Assembly (NCBI GenBank): GCA_934691225.1
Contig: CAKUSQ010000001.1
Location: 264,927-328,926 of the forward strand
From: an uncultured Opitutales bacterium
GTDB taxonomy: Bacteria; Verrucomicrobiota; Verrucomicrobiia; Opitutales; UBA9783
Length of the DNA stretch: 64,000 nt
Reading direction: 5' to 3'
This document shows, in pieces, positions 19,563-35,087 of the stretch. The notes under the pieces were generated by a model. That model was not told the origin of the DNA, searched no databases, and was given only the letters and a program-made list of their open reading frames with translations. Numbering within the stretch: the stretch's first letter is position 1; each line of letters starts with the position of its first letter. Position numbers and translations under genes: made by a program.

Positions 19563-20378
19563 TTATCGAAATTCAACCGTCGGATGCGTTAAAGATACAT
19601 TCATTTTCTTTAACATCTTTCGTTGTTGTACCGATAAAGATTTCAAAATAACACTTACGTTATTCAAAGCCACTTCAGGTGTTTGCAATGGAAACGTAAT
19701 TACCCATGATTTACCAATTTCAACATCAACAATTCTCCATTTTTTTTCTAGAAAAGGATCAAAATGTTTAAGTGAAACCCGGGAGATAGCTGCATATAAA
19801 TCTGGACTCTTTTCTTTTAAAACATTCAATAAATACACAATATCGCTAAATCCAATTATCTGATTGTTTGCAACAATCTTTTTAGAAACACCCGTAAGTA
19901 TTGGGTATATTTTCAATACCTCACGCTGATACTTTATTGGGGAAAAAATATTACCATTCTTATCCACCAAACCCAAACGAGATTGTTTTCCATTTTTCAG
20001 CAACAATTTTGCAAAAGCCTCACGTTCTTTTAGAGTTATTTCTAATGTATTTGGAAAATCTCGACACAAATTTACAGACTCTATCTGTGTAAATTTAAGA
20101 ATCTGCTGCTGTAATTTTTCTAAATCAATTGACAATAAACTTTGCTTCCATGGCAAAGTAACATGATTAACTAACCAAGCTTTATCCAAAACTCCATTAG
20201 TAGAAAACTTTAATTGCTCTAAAGGTTGAACAGGGACACGTGGTGTAAAAAACAGACCAATACCAACAATCAAAGCCACAACAAACCCCATGCATAATAA
20301 CTTCAAAAAAACAGAACGTAAACGTTGTTTTGACCAACGAGGTTCTTGCGGTAAATGTTGCCAGGAATTGTTACTCAT
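19563..20378 (-). CDS. ftsQ: Cell division protein FtsQ (POTRA domain)
   Basis: Single TM segment (LLCMGFVVALIVGIGLFF) followed by a POTRA-like pattern (IESVNLCRDFPNTLEITLKEREAFA...LVDKNGNIF). Positioned after ddl. Confidence 0.75.
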   Translation of the reverse strand: MSNNSWQHLPQEPRWSKQRLRSVFLKLLCMGFVVALIVGIGLFFTPRVPVQPLEQLKFSTNGVLDKAWLVNHVTLPWKQSLLSIDLEKLQQQILKFTQIESVNLCRDFPNTLEITLKEREAFAKLLLKNGKQSRLGLVDKNGNIFSPIKYQREVLKIYPILTGVSKKIVANNQIIGFSDIVYLLNVLKEKSPDLYAAISRVSLKHFDPFLEKKWRIVDVEIGKSWVITFPLQTPEVALNNVSVILKSLSVQQRKMLKKMNVSLTHPTVEFR

Positions 20379-21292
20379 TGAAATCGGTTGACAGCTCCAT
20401 CCACTAAACGTTTTAGCAAATCTTCAAATGCGATCCCTACACAAGCAGCACTTTTGGGAAACAAACTCTGTTCCGTCATTCCTGGAATAGTATTCATCTC
20501 TAAAAACCACACGCGCCCATTTGGCTCTAATAAAAAATCTGCCCGTCCATAATCCAAACACCCTGCTTTTTCAAAAAAGGTTTTTGCTACCATTTGTAAT
20601 TGCACACATGTTTTTTCATCAATGGGCGCTGGATATAAATAATCGCAAGCTCCAACAGTATACTTATTTTTAAAATCGTAAAATCCATGCTTAGGACAAA
20701 TCTCGACGGCTCCTAATGCCTCTTCTTGTAAAATTCCCACAGTCAATTCACGACCTTTTACATAACGTTCTAACATCCAATGCCCATCATGAATCGTACT
20801 CCAAACATTCTGAAGCTCATCAAAACCGTTACACAAGTGGACACCTATGCTGCTCCCTTTGTCGGTCGGTTTTAAAACAACCTGGTCACACCCCAATGCG
20901 TTTATTATCTCATCTGCCTTTAAAGTTTCTCCTAATGATAGCTCGATCCCTGGTAAAACAGGTAAACCATTTTCTTTGGCCAAACGCTTGCTAGCCATTT
21001 TATCAATGCAAAGACGGTTTGCTTTCGGTCCACTTCCAATATAAGAAAAATGATAAGATTCTAGTAAATCTTGCAATCGACCATCTTCACCAAAATCCCC
21101 ATGGATCAATGGGAAAATAAGATCTTTATTTGCATCCAAACCACTTGGAAGTTCATTAATATCTAGCTGAATAGAACGCACCTTATAAAGATTTTTCAAT
21201 GCATCAAAAACCGGTAAAGCCGATTTTAAAGAGACTTCACGCTCCCCACTTTGTCCTCCACATAAGATGACAACATTGTTCAAATTTTTCAT
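20375..21292 (-). CDS. ddl: D-alanine--D-alanine ligase
   Basis: LCGGQSGEREVSLKSA, HGDFGEDGRLQDLLE, and ATP-grasp C-terminal RADFLLEPNGRVWFLEMNTIPGMT. Confidence 0.93.
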   Translation of the reverse strand: MKNLNNVVILCGGQSGEREVSLKSALPVFDALKNLYKVRSIQLDINELPSGLDANKDLIFPLIHGDFGEDGRLQDLLESYHFSYIGSGPKANRLCIDKMASKRLAKENGLPVLPGIELSLGETLKADEIINALGCDQVVLKPTDKGSSIGVHLCNGFDELQNVWSTIHDGHWMLERYVKGRELTVGILQEEALGAVEICPKHGFYDFKNKYTVGACDYLYPAPIDEKTCVQLQMVAKTFFEKAGCLDYGRADFLLEPNGRVWFLEMNTIPGMTEQSLFPKSAACVGIAFEDLLKRLVDGAVNRFQ

Positions 21293-23388
21293 AAAATTTC
21301 TTCCCAGTTTTTACCTAAAAGCCTTACTTCAGGTTCTAGAAAAATACGCGTTTTAGTATATACTTGTTGACGCAAAAAACGAACTAATTCTATCACATCC
21401 GCATATGTTCCAACGCCTTCGTTAATAAGAAAATTAGCATGTTTCGCTGAAACAACAATATCACCCCTACGAGCATTTTTCAGGCCCAAATTATCCAATA
21501 ACTTTCCAGAAGATCCTGCAAGCGTATTTTTAAAAAAGCATCCTAAACTTCGACCTGTAGGCTGTGTTTTTTTTCGTTTTTCCCGCAACATCAAACGTTG
21601 CGCTTTAATTGTAGCCTCCGATGAAATTTGCCCCTTAAAAACAGCTGAAACAATAATAACATCCTTTAATCGTTCACAAGAACGATAACTATAATCTAAG
21701 TCTTCCCGTTTAACTACATGAACATCACCGAACTTATCGCAATAGGTAATCGTGCAAACACAATCCAAAATCCCTTGCAACCCCGTACCTGCATTCATTG
21801 ATAAAGCGCCACCTAATGTTCCAGGAATACCATCTAAAAACTCAAAACCACCCACACCATTTTTTTCCATTTCATTTAAAAAATGCTGCAAAATACAACC
21901 TGCACCTACGCAATAACAACATTCACTTAAACGCTCGTACGTTGTCCAAAAACCCGTCCTTAATTGTACAACAACACCATCAAAACGTTCTTCCGGAATT
22001 AATACATTAGAACCACAACCTAAAGGATAAACGTTCAATCCTAACTTATAACAAGATTTCAACAATCCCTTTAATTGTTCTAAATCTTCTGGGCAGCTAA
22101 TAAAAAGCGTACAACCACCAATCCCCAACAATGAGTGTTGTTTCAAATTGTAATTTTCTTTTAAAAAAATTTTCTGCTTGGCAAAAAACTGTTTTACAGA
22201 CAACACCCAATTCTCGACCCAACGATGCGCTACATCATCCATGGTACCTGCTCCAACAAAAGCAACGACTGCGTTTTTAGGGTTATCCAGAAGATCTTCT
22301 GCCTTCAAATTCTGCAGAGGTTGTGCCTGCGGTAAAGCCTCTTCTAAAGTCTTACAAATAGACGGCATAGATTCAAATGCATCGTACACATGCAATAAAA
22401 AAAGATGCGATATAGGTTTTAATGAACGAACAAATGCATCGTAAAAATGATTTAAACGTGAAAAACGATGGGGTTCAAAAGCAACATACTTTGTTCCCGA
22501 TTTTTTACTTAAAAATGTCCATAAAGCTTCAATTTCTTGTGGGTGATGTGCGTAATCAGATATAACCTCTAAACGATCTGTTTTCAATAAAACCTCTTGA
22601 CGACGTTTTACGCCAGGAAACGATACTACATCGCGCAAAGTAACTGTTTTATTCGTTAAAAATTCAAAAACTTGAACTGCAACATTTTTATCCAAATTAA
22701 GATGGCAACACTTTTCACTCTCTATTAACTGAGCTTTACGTGAAGTCACCTCAGGATCGCTTGTAAAAACTTTATTGCGTGTACGCTCTACCAAACGTTC
22801 AAATGCAGCTTTGTAGTTATTCTTTGTTTTATACCAATTCGGATGATCCCAATCTGTATTTAAAACCACTGAAATATCAGGTGAAAATAATTCGATAGTT
22901 CCATCACTCTCATCCAATTCAATCAATGTATTTTGTGCATCTTTATGGTACTCACTTGAGGCATAATAATCACGTTGAAACTCAGCACCTAAAAGATAAT
23001 TTAACTGAATATTGTAACGTTTAAATAGATGAATCAAATAGGCTGTGGTTGTGGATTTCCCATGACTTCCACAAACAACAATCAATGATTTATTCCTTAA
23101 AATATGTGCCAAAAATTCCCCTCGACGAAAACATGGACAATATTTTTTCGCTTCTAACAACTTAGGATTTTTTAAATCTATAGCTGATGAATAAACACAA
23201 ATATCGCATGGGGTAGGAATTGTATTCCTCCAAATGATATGTGCCCCTAATTTTTCCTGGCGCATTGGTTTAACATGATCATCCCAACCAAAAACAGTGT
23301 ACCCCATATCATAAAGGTACTTTCCTAAAGGCGCCATTCCCATACCACCAGCACCTAAAAGATATATATATTTAGACGTCATATCCAT
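21289..23388 (-). CDS. murC: Fused UDP-N-acetylmuramate--L-alanine ligase / UDP-N-acetylenolpyruvoylglucosamine reductase (MurC::MurB)
   Basis: 699 aa. The N-terminal ~400 aa are MurC (LLGAGGMGMAPL, CGSHGKSTTTAYL, DYAHHPQEIEA, FEPHRFSRL, VGAGTMDD). The C-terminal ~290 aa are MurB (LLGIGGCTLF, LGCGSNVLIP, GSSGKLLD, SAKHANFLIN). Confidence 0.85.
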   Translation of the reverse strand: MDMTSKYIYLLGAGGMGMAPLGKYLYDMGYTVFGWDDHVKPMRQEKLGAHIIWRNTIPTPCDICVYSSAIDLKNPKLLEAKKYCPCFRRGEFLAHILRNKSLIVVCGSHGKSTTTAYLIHLFKRYNIQLNYLLGAEFQRDYYASSEYHKDAQNTLIELDESDGTIELFSPDISVVLNTDWDHPNWYKTKNNYKAAFERLVERTRNKVFTSDPEVTSRKAQLIESEKCCHLNLDKNVAVQVFEFLTNKTVTLRDVVSFPGVKRRQEVLLKTDRLEVISDYAHHPQEIEALWTFLSKKSGTKYVAFEPHRFSRLNHFYDAFVRSLKPISHLFLLHVYDAFESMPSICKTLEEALPQAQPLQNLKAEDLLDNPKNAVVAFVGAGTMDDVAHRWVENWVLSVKQFFAKQKIFLKENYNLKQHSLLGIGGCTLFISCPEDLEQLKGLLKSCYKLGLNVYPLGCGSNVLIPEERFDGVVVQLRTGFWTTYERLSECCYCVGAGCILQHFLNEMEKNGVGGFEFLDGIPGTLGGALSMNAGTGLQGILDCVCTITYCDKFGDVHVVKREDLDYSYRSCERLKDVIIVSAVFKGQISSEATIKAQRLMLREKRKKTQPTGRSLGCFFKNTLAGSSGKLLDNLGLKNARRGDIVVSAKHANFLINEGVGTYADVIELVRFLRQQVYTKTRIFLEPEVRLLGKNWEEIL

Positions 23389-24410
23389 GCATCTGCTGCA
23401 TCTAAAGTTCTATTTGGATTTAATTTTAAAGCAGCGGATAAAAAAGATCCAGCAAACGCTATCATAGCTGCATTATCACCACAATAACATTTAGGTGGTA
23501 CAAAAAATGGCACATGAACATTATCAGCTATCTGTGTCAACTTTTCACGCAATTTATTATTATTAGCCACACCTCCTGAAAGACCTAAACTTTTGTACGA
23601 TTTCAATGATAAAGCTTGCACTACTTTTCGGCATAAAGCATCTATAACTGCAGCTTGATAAGATGCACAAATAGAATTTTTATGTTTTTCAATAAATGAA
23701 CGTTGTTCTTTTTCTAAAAAATAACGCAAGCTGGTTTTTAATCCAGAAAAACTAAATTTCCATTCATTTTTTTGAGGGAAAGCCCGAGGAAAATCAACAA
23801 ACGATGGCTCACCATCTACAGCACACGCTTCAATTAAAGGCCCTCCTGGGTAAGGAAACCCTAACAATTTTGCTCCTTTATCCAAAGCTTCACCTGCTGC
23901 ATCATCCACAGTTTGCGCAATAACTTTAAAGTTGGGACGCTTTGCCTTCCAGTTCATTTCAAATAGGATTGTATTACCCCCTGAAACTAATAACCCTAAA
24001 TGCGGACATATTTTTTCTAGAGAAAAATCCTTGCTTTGCATAAACGGTTGCAAAAAAGGTGATAATGCATGCCCTTGCAAATGATTTACACCATATAAAG
24101 GCTTTTTCAATAATACATGCAATGATTGCGCATAAGCAATACCGATACCTAAACACCCCATTAAGCCAGGACCATGCGTCACCACTAAACGATCGATCTG
24201 ATCTAAACAAATCTGTTTTTTCAAGTTTTCAAGCAGTTTAGGGAATCCATCCAAATGCTCGCGGATAGCAATACCAGGTACAACACCACCAAAAGAGCTG
24301 TGCTGTTCAATTTGTGTTAAAATTTGTTCATACAAAATCTGCCGTGTTGCTCCATCCCACACTGCCACAGCAGTTTCGTCACAAGAGCTTTCTAAACTTA
24401 AATATCGCAT
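23379..24410 (-). CDS. tsaD: tRNA N6-adenosine threonylcarbamoyltransferase TsaD
   Basis: LSLESSCDETAVAV, VTHGPGLMGCLGIG, GLSGGVANN. ATG at 24410 preferred over the alternative start at 24428. Confidence 0.9.
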   Translation of the reverse strand: MRYLSLESSCDETAVAVWDGATRQILYEQILTQIEQHSSFGGVVPGIAIREHLDGFPKLLENLKKQICLDQIDRLVVTHGPGLMGCLGIGIAYAQSLHVLLKKPLYGVNHLQGHALSPFLQPFMQSKDFSLEKICPHLGLLVSGGNTILFEMNWKAKRPNFKVIAQTVDDAAGEALDKGAKLLGFPYPGGPLIEACAVDGEPSFVDFPRAFPQKNEWKFSFSGLKTSLRYFLEKEQRSFIEKHKNSICASYQAAVIDALCRKVVQALSLKSYKSLGLSGGVANNNKLREKLTQIADNVHVPFFVPPKCYCGDNAAMIAFAGSFLSAALKLNPNRTLDAADAWI

Positions 24411-24907
24411 GAATGTTGTGCCTCCCAAATGGCATCACAAAACTCTCTAGCCGCTCCACAACCCCCATTAAAACATGATGTAAAATGAGCTACACGCTTA
24501 ACACAAGGCATCGCATCATTTGGACAAGCTGCACACCCAATTATTTTCATCACAGGCAAATCGATCCAATCATCCCCCATATACGCTACTTGCGCATAAT
24601 CCAACGATAACTTTGACCTTAACTCTTCGAATGGAGCTAATTTTTCCATTCGATTTTGATAAACATTTTGAATTCCTAAATCTTTTGCTCGCTTTAAAAC
24701 GAATGAGGATTCTCGCCCCGTAATAATGGCTACTTGAAAACCATGCTGGATTAACCGACGAATTCCAAGACCATCCCTAGCATTAAAAACTTTCAGGCAT
24801 TCTCCATTTTCACCATAAAATAGCTTACCATCTGTTAATACCCCATCTACATCAAAAATAACAAGACGAATCTTTTGAAAAATTTGCAGCAATTCCTTAG
24901 GCACCAT
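24398..24907 (-). CDS. kdsC: 3-deoxy-D-manno-octulosonate 8-phosphate phosphatase KdsC (HAD)
   Basis: LVIFDVDGVLTDGKLFY, FNARDGLGIRRL, YMGDDWIDLPVM. Confidence 0.85.
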   Translation of the reverse strand: MVPKELLQIFQKIRLVIFDVDGVLTDGKLFYGENGECLKVFNARDGLGIRRLIQHGFQVAIITGRESSFVLKRAKDLGIQNVYQNRMEKLAPFEELRSKLSLDYAQVAYMGDDWIDLPVMKIIGCAACPNDAMPCVKRVAHFTSCFNGGCGAAREFCDAIWEAQHSCDI

Positions 24908-25003
24908 AGCAATGATGTTAGAAATCCCTACAAATTAATCAATGTTTTTATACGAATTATTGAAAACAAACAATAATACTAACAAACAATTTACTTTCTT
25001 CTC

Positions 25004-25807
25004 TCACTGATGGTCGTAAACATCAAAACGATTTAAAACACCATCCGCCGATAAATAATGATGCCCCCATACAAAACATTTGCCTTCTTTGTAAAAATTT
25101 AACGAAAACGTTTGACGTTCTTCTTTCAGATTTATCGAAAAAACAAGATACATACTAAAAAAAGATAACATATCCTGACTAAAATTTATCCAACATGGGG
25201 AGGAAAAACAATTATCTTTCACCATTCCCACATCTCTGAGGTCTCTTTTAGGGTAAGCTGGAAAAAATAATAATCCTTTTAACGTGTCTGAACAATTATT
25301 TGGTACATTTGCTAATCCTGGCCAATTAGGAATATAACAAGCAAAACGCCAATTTTTCCCTTGTGAAAAAACCTCAAAATATAGCCAAATCTCTCTGGCT
25401 CCTTGCAAACGTTCCTTTGTAAATCTCGATGACATTGCATGATTTACAACCGGAGGTGTATTTAAAATGAATTCATTTTTATATTCCCACCAACGTTGTA
25501 AACTTTTATAATAACTACCTTTCACAAAATTAGTACGATCAATTATAGGTAAAAATCTACTGTAATTCAAATTTTCATACGTAGTTGCATTTTTAATAGA
25601 ACCTGTATATATATCTATCATCCACAAAACACATTCCCAACCGCACACTGTTTTATGCCTTCTTTTTACGCAAGTAGGCTTTCTTCCTTGCAAATCAGGA
25701 ATGTTGCCGTCAACTTGACTGGAATAAACTTTGCAAAGTGCGCAGCAATACATTACTATGCAAAAAAATAATTTATTTACATTTGTCTTTATATTTAAGT
25801 GTCCCAT
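25004..25807 (-). CDS. Hypothetical secreted protein (Trp/Tyr/Cys-rich), no recognised domain
   Basis: 267 aa. N-terminal hydrophobic signal-like segment LFFCIVMYCCALCKVYS. I recognised no family. Confidence 0.45.
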   Translation of the reverse strand: MGHLNIKTNVNKLFFCIVMYCCALCKVYSSQVDGNIPDLQGRKPTCVKRRHKTVCGWECVLWMIDIYTGSIKNATTYENLNYSRFLPIIDRTNFVKGSYYKSLQRWWEYKNEFILNTPPVVNHAMSSRFTKERLQGAREIWLYFEVFSQGKNWRFACYIPNWPGLANVPNNCSDTLKGLLFFPAYPKRDLRDVGMVKDNCFSSPCWINFSQDMLSFFSMYLVFSINLKEERQTFSLNFYKEGKCFVWGHHYLSADGVLNRFDVYDHQ

Positions 25808-25851
25808 GCAAGGAATATAAACGAAAAAACAAAAAAGTAAATATCTAAATT

Positions 25852-26441
25852 TTAGTTTGAAACAACAAACTCTGGATTTTCTTGAAAAACATCTGGATTA
25901 CCTGTAAAAATCCATCCCTCAGACGGTTTTAAAATATTCAAAATTTTCTCAAGTTTCGGCATAAATTTTTCAGCTTGTACCGGCAAACATGGATGTTCTA
26001 CCCAAATACAATTTCGTTGTTCTTCTTCGGATGCTAAGTGAATCTTTGAAGTATCCGCTGATAAACAAAGTATTTTACTTAAATTTACGCGTGCACAAAT
26101 AGGACGCGTCCAAACAGTATTATCCATCAATAAATATTTTTGTGCGAAGTGCAGTGTATCACATACACAAACCTGCGATGGTATTACCTTTTTCAAAGCA
26201 AGCAACGTTCTTATAAAAGCGCACAATGAACGGATTCCTAATGTAGATCCAGGTCCATTAATAAGAAATATGGTTAAAGATTCAAAATGGCACAAATTTA
26301 AACATGGTTGCAAAACTTCAGCCAACTGATCAGCGATATGTCCCTGTTTCTCTTGACAATAAATCCACTGTTCGTCTCGAGCAAGTCCTACCTGGCAATA
26401 ACTAAACCCTGCTGACAAAAACAAACGTTCGTCCATAAACA

Positions 26442-26442
<1 letters not shown>
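25852..26442 (-). CDS. tsaB: TsaB-like (peptidase M22 family) t6A biosynthesis protein, divergent
   Basis: 196 aa. The NGPGSTLGIRSLCAFIRTLLAL segment matches the TsaB GPGSFTGLRIG region. The N-terminal DTS motif is replaced. Confidence 0.5.
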
Positions 26443-28093
<1,651 letters not shown>

Positions 28094-28124
28094 ATATTTA
28101 TAAAAAAGCAAGCGACACAAAAGA

Positions 28125-29246
28125 TCAAAAAGAAAAGAAAGATTTTTTTGGTTTTGTCACAACTACATTATTCATACGAAGTCTTAATGCAGCAGGATCT
28201 AAAGCAACCAATAAAGCCTCTTCATTCGAAATTGCTCCCTGCTGCCACAATTGAAACAGATGTTTATCTAACGGCAACATTCCTGCATTTTGTCCTACTT
28301 CTATTTCGGTTTGAATTCTAAATGTTTTATTTTCACGAATTAAATTAGCGATCGCATCCGAATGAAGCATAATCTCAAATGCAGGCAATCGACCCATTCC
28401 TTCTTTTCTTCGACAAAGCGTTTGTGAAATAACCCCTATTAAATTTGAAGCAAGCTGTGTCCTAACTAAATCCCGCGAACCATCAGGAAAAGCATCGATG
28501 ATACGATCCACAGTGCGTGTCGATCCAGTTGTGTGCAAAGTAGAAAGCACTAAATGTCCCGTTTCTGCAGCAGAAACAGCTGCTTCTATCGTCGCCAAAT
28601 CCCGCATTTCTCCTAGCAAAATGACATCTGGATCTTGACGTAAAGCTCCTGCCAAAGCTTTCTGAAATGATGGCGTGTCTTTACCCAATTCCCTCTGAGT
28701 TATAATACTTTGATTGGATTGATAAATATATTCTATAGGATCCTCTATGGTAATAATATGTTTATTAAACTTTTTATTAATAAAATCAATCATAGCAGCT
28801 AAGGTAGTTGATTTTCCAGAACCTGTAGGTCCTACAACCAACAACAATCCACGCGGAGAACATAATAAATGTTTAACTTTTTCTAAAGTGAAATCCGGAA
28901 ATCCCAATGTATCCAAATCAAGGATCTGAGAATTAATCAAGCGAATAACGAACCCCAAGTGTCCCTGAGACAAGAAAACATTAACGCGAGTTCTAACATT
29001 ACAGGTACTCAATGACAAACATTTAGCAAAATCCAAATCATTTAAAAGTTTAAATTGAGATTGTAATTTCGAATCTAGTAATTCATTAAAAAATCGCCCT
29101 AAGTCTTCATCTAATAATATATGTCCACCTAATGACTGTATGATACCATCAATACGATACAAAGGCTCTCGTGAATGCCTCAAATGTATGTCAGATGCTT
29201 TAAGCTCTAACCCCTTCTCAATTATCCCTGCCAGTAGCTCATCCAT
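28125..29246 (-). CDS. pilT: PilT-type (type IV pilus retraction / T2SS-E family) hexameric ATPase
   Basis: ASDIHL, GPTGSGKSTTLAAMID (Walker A), DPDVILLGEMRD (Walker B/Asp box), TGHLVLSTLHT (His box). Confidence 0.85.
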   Translation of the reverse strand: MDELLAGIIEKGLELKASDIHLRHSREPLYRIDGIIQSLGGHILLDEDLGRFFNELLDSKLQSQFKLLNDLDFAKCLSLSTCNVRTRVNVFLSQGHLGFVIRLINSQILDLDTLGFPDFTLEKVKHLLCSPRGLLLVVGPTGSGKSTTLAAMIDFINKKFNKHIITIEDPIEYIYQSNQSIITQRELGKDTPSFQKALAGALRQDPDVILLGEMRDLATIEAAVSAAETGHLVLSTLHTTGSTRTVDRIIDAFPDGSRDLVRTQLASNLIGVISQTLCRRKEGMGRLPAFEIMLHSDAIANLIRENKTFRIQTEIEVGQNAGMLPLDKHLFQLWQQGAISNEEALLVALDPAALRLRMNNVVVTKPKKSFFSF

Positions 29247-29292
29247 GATTTACCCTACCATAGAATCGTACTAACGTCAATCAATCTCTTTC

Positions 29293-29410
29293 GCCTGGCA
29301 ATCCCCTACTCTCACACCACAGTACATGGCACTACCATCGGCAGCTTAGGGCTTAACGTTCGTGTTCGGTATGTGTACGCGTGTTTCCCCTGCGCTTATC
29401 GTCACCAGGC
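29293..29410 (-). rRNA. rrf: 5S rRNA
   Basis: The reverse complement aligns by eye with bacterial 5S (gcctggca...ctactctc...ctaccatcgg...gttcggtatg...caccaggc). Ends approximate. Confidence 0.85.
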
Positions 29411-29519
29411 AAATCTTTTTCCTTCAGCTATAACCATAGCTTACTCGCTTTTTTGACCCTTTTTGATGCTTAATGAATATCGCTTCCCAACTACCCATAA
29501 ACTTACCATAACTTCACAT

Positions 29520-32426
<2,907 letters not shown>

Positions 32427-32482
32427 TTCTGTTATTCGTATTCTTCTCGCTTATTGTAGTTTTTCCACAATATTCATTAAAC

Positions 32483-32493
32483 TGTCAAAGATC
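32483..32493 (-). promoter_or_regulatory. boxA-like antitermination motif in the spacer upstream of 23S
   Basis: The minus strand reads GATCTTTGACA, compared with the E. coli rrn boxA core CTCTTTAACA. The same motif recurs in the 16S leader. Confidence 0.4.
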
Positions 32494-32518
32494 AAAAAAT
32501 TCTTCCCAATGCACTCAC

Positions 32519-32595
32519 TGGTGGGCCCAGATGGACTTGAACCATCGACCCCGCGCTTATCAAGCGCGTGCTCTAACCAACTGAGCTATGAGCCC
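32519..32595 (-). tRNA. tRNA-Ile (anticodon GAU), CCA encoded
   Basis: Reverse complement: GGGCTCATAGCTCAGTTGGTTAGAGCACGCGCTTGATAAGCGCGGGGTCGATGGTTCAAGTCCATCTGGGCCCACCA. Anticodon loop TTGATAA. Confidence 0.95.
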
Positions 32596-32613
32596 CTTCC
32601 ATTACCCATGCCT

Positions 32614-32689
32614 TGGTGGAGTCGATCGGATTCGAACCGACGACCTCCTGCATGCAAAGCAGGCGCTCTTCCAACTAAGCTACGACCCC
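32614..32689 (-). tRNA. tRNA-Ala (anticodon UGC), CCA encoded
   Basis: Reverse complement: GGGGTCGTAGCTTAGTTGGAAGAGCGCCTGCTTTGCATGCAGGAGGTCGTCGGTTCGAATCCGATCGACTCCACCA. Anticodon loop TTTGCAT. Confidence 0.95.
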
Positions 32690-32820
32690 TTCTTTTACTT
32701 ATATTCTCGTTGCTTCTTAAGGTTGTCAAGCCCGTTTTTCTGGAAATTTACTTTGTGCCTATGTCCGGATGACTTCCGTCGACCTTGATTCAGCTGCTTT
32801 CGCACTGAATTTCTCCATAG

Positions 32821-34352
<1,532 letters not shown>

Positions 34353-34505
34353 AAACCTTTTTTATATTTACTACGGCGAACCTATCCTTACGCTCTCTTA
34401 CTCTTTGCGTCTTATTTACCAATATAGTATTGTAGGCCCCCTTTCAGAGCCTCTACTTAAAACTTATTTCCTTTTCGGTTCACCCGAACATTTGCACAAA
34501 GTAAA

Positions 34506-34516
34506 TTTCAAAGATC
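34506..34516 (-). promoter_or_regulatory. boxA-like motif in the 16S leader
   Basis: The minus strand reads GATCTTTGAAA, just downstream of the candidate rrn promoter. It is a near-duplicate of the motif at 32483-32493. Confidence 0.4.
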
Positions 34517-34524
34517 TTATGTAA

Positions 34525-34556
34525 ACTATAAAATTAACTCTACCTCCCCTTGTCAA
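34525..34556 (-). promoter_or_regulatory. Candidate rRNA operon promoter
   Basis: The minus strand has a perfect -35 TTGACA (34556-34551), then TTTTAT after 17 bp or TATAGT after 20 bp. The region upstream is extremely A/T-rich (UP-element-like). The -10 assignment is uncertain. Confidence 0.35.
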
Positions 34557-34666
34557 TACTTTTTTTGTTTTTATTATCTATTTAGATTAAATCTTTTAAA
34601 TACATATCAATCAAAATTCTATTTATTCCCGATAAATCCTTCAAAAACAATGTTTTCCATTCATAA

Positions 34667-34969
34667 TTATTTTTTTGATAAATTATCATTTTTATCCATC
34701 ATATTTGACAAAAGCGAACCCGCCACCTCATCAAGAATACGATCATTAGGATAAGTTTTATCTAGCAACAATCGTTTACCCAAAGTCACTTTATTAGTTC
34801 GAATTTTAGAAAATTCTTCCGACGACAACTTTACACCTTCAACTGCGACTTTTTTTGAAACGCTCTTTTTCATTGCATCGTTGGCCACTTTTTCAACAAC
34901 TCCACAATCACAAGATACTTTTTCTTTACCCATAAAACTATTGCAGGAATCTTTCGATTTTGAATTCAT
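34667..34969 (-). CDS. Small hypothetical protein, with weak resemblance to the anti-sigma-28 factor FlgM C-terminus
   Basis: 100 aa. VKLSSEEFSKI ... NKVTLGKRLLLDKTYPNDRILDEVAGSLL resembles the FlgM pattern V.LS..a...kV..lK.aI..G.Y.vD...iA..ll. Unverified. Confidence 0.3.
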   Translation of the reverse strand: MNSKSKDSCNSFMGKEKVSCDCGVVEKVANDAMKKSVSKKVAVEGVKLSSEEFSKIRTNKVTLGKRLLLDKTYPNDRILDEVAGSLLSNMMDKNDNLSKK

Positions 34970-35087
34970 ATCAAAAATTTAGGTAAATTTTCCTTATTAC
35001 TTAACTTGACAAACATTTTTTAGGATTCACCTAAAACTAAATTAAAATTTAAGCTTCGTCAATAAATCCTTCTTCATAATTTTTCAT

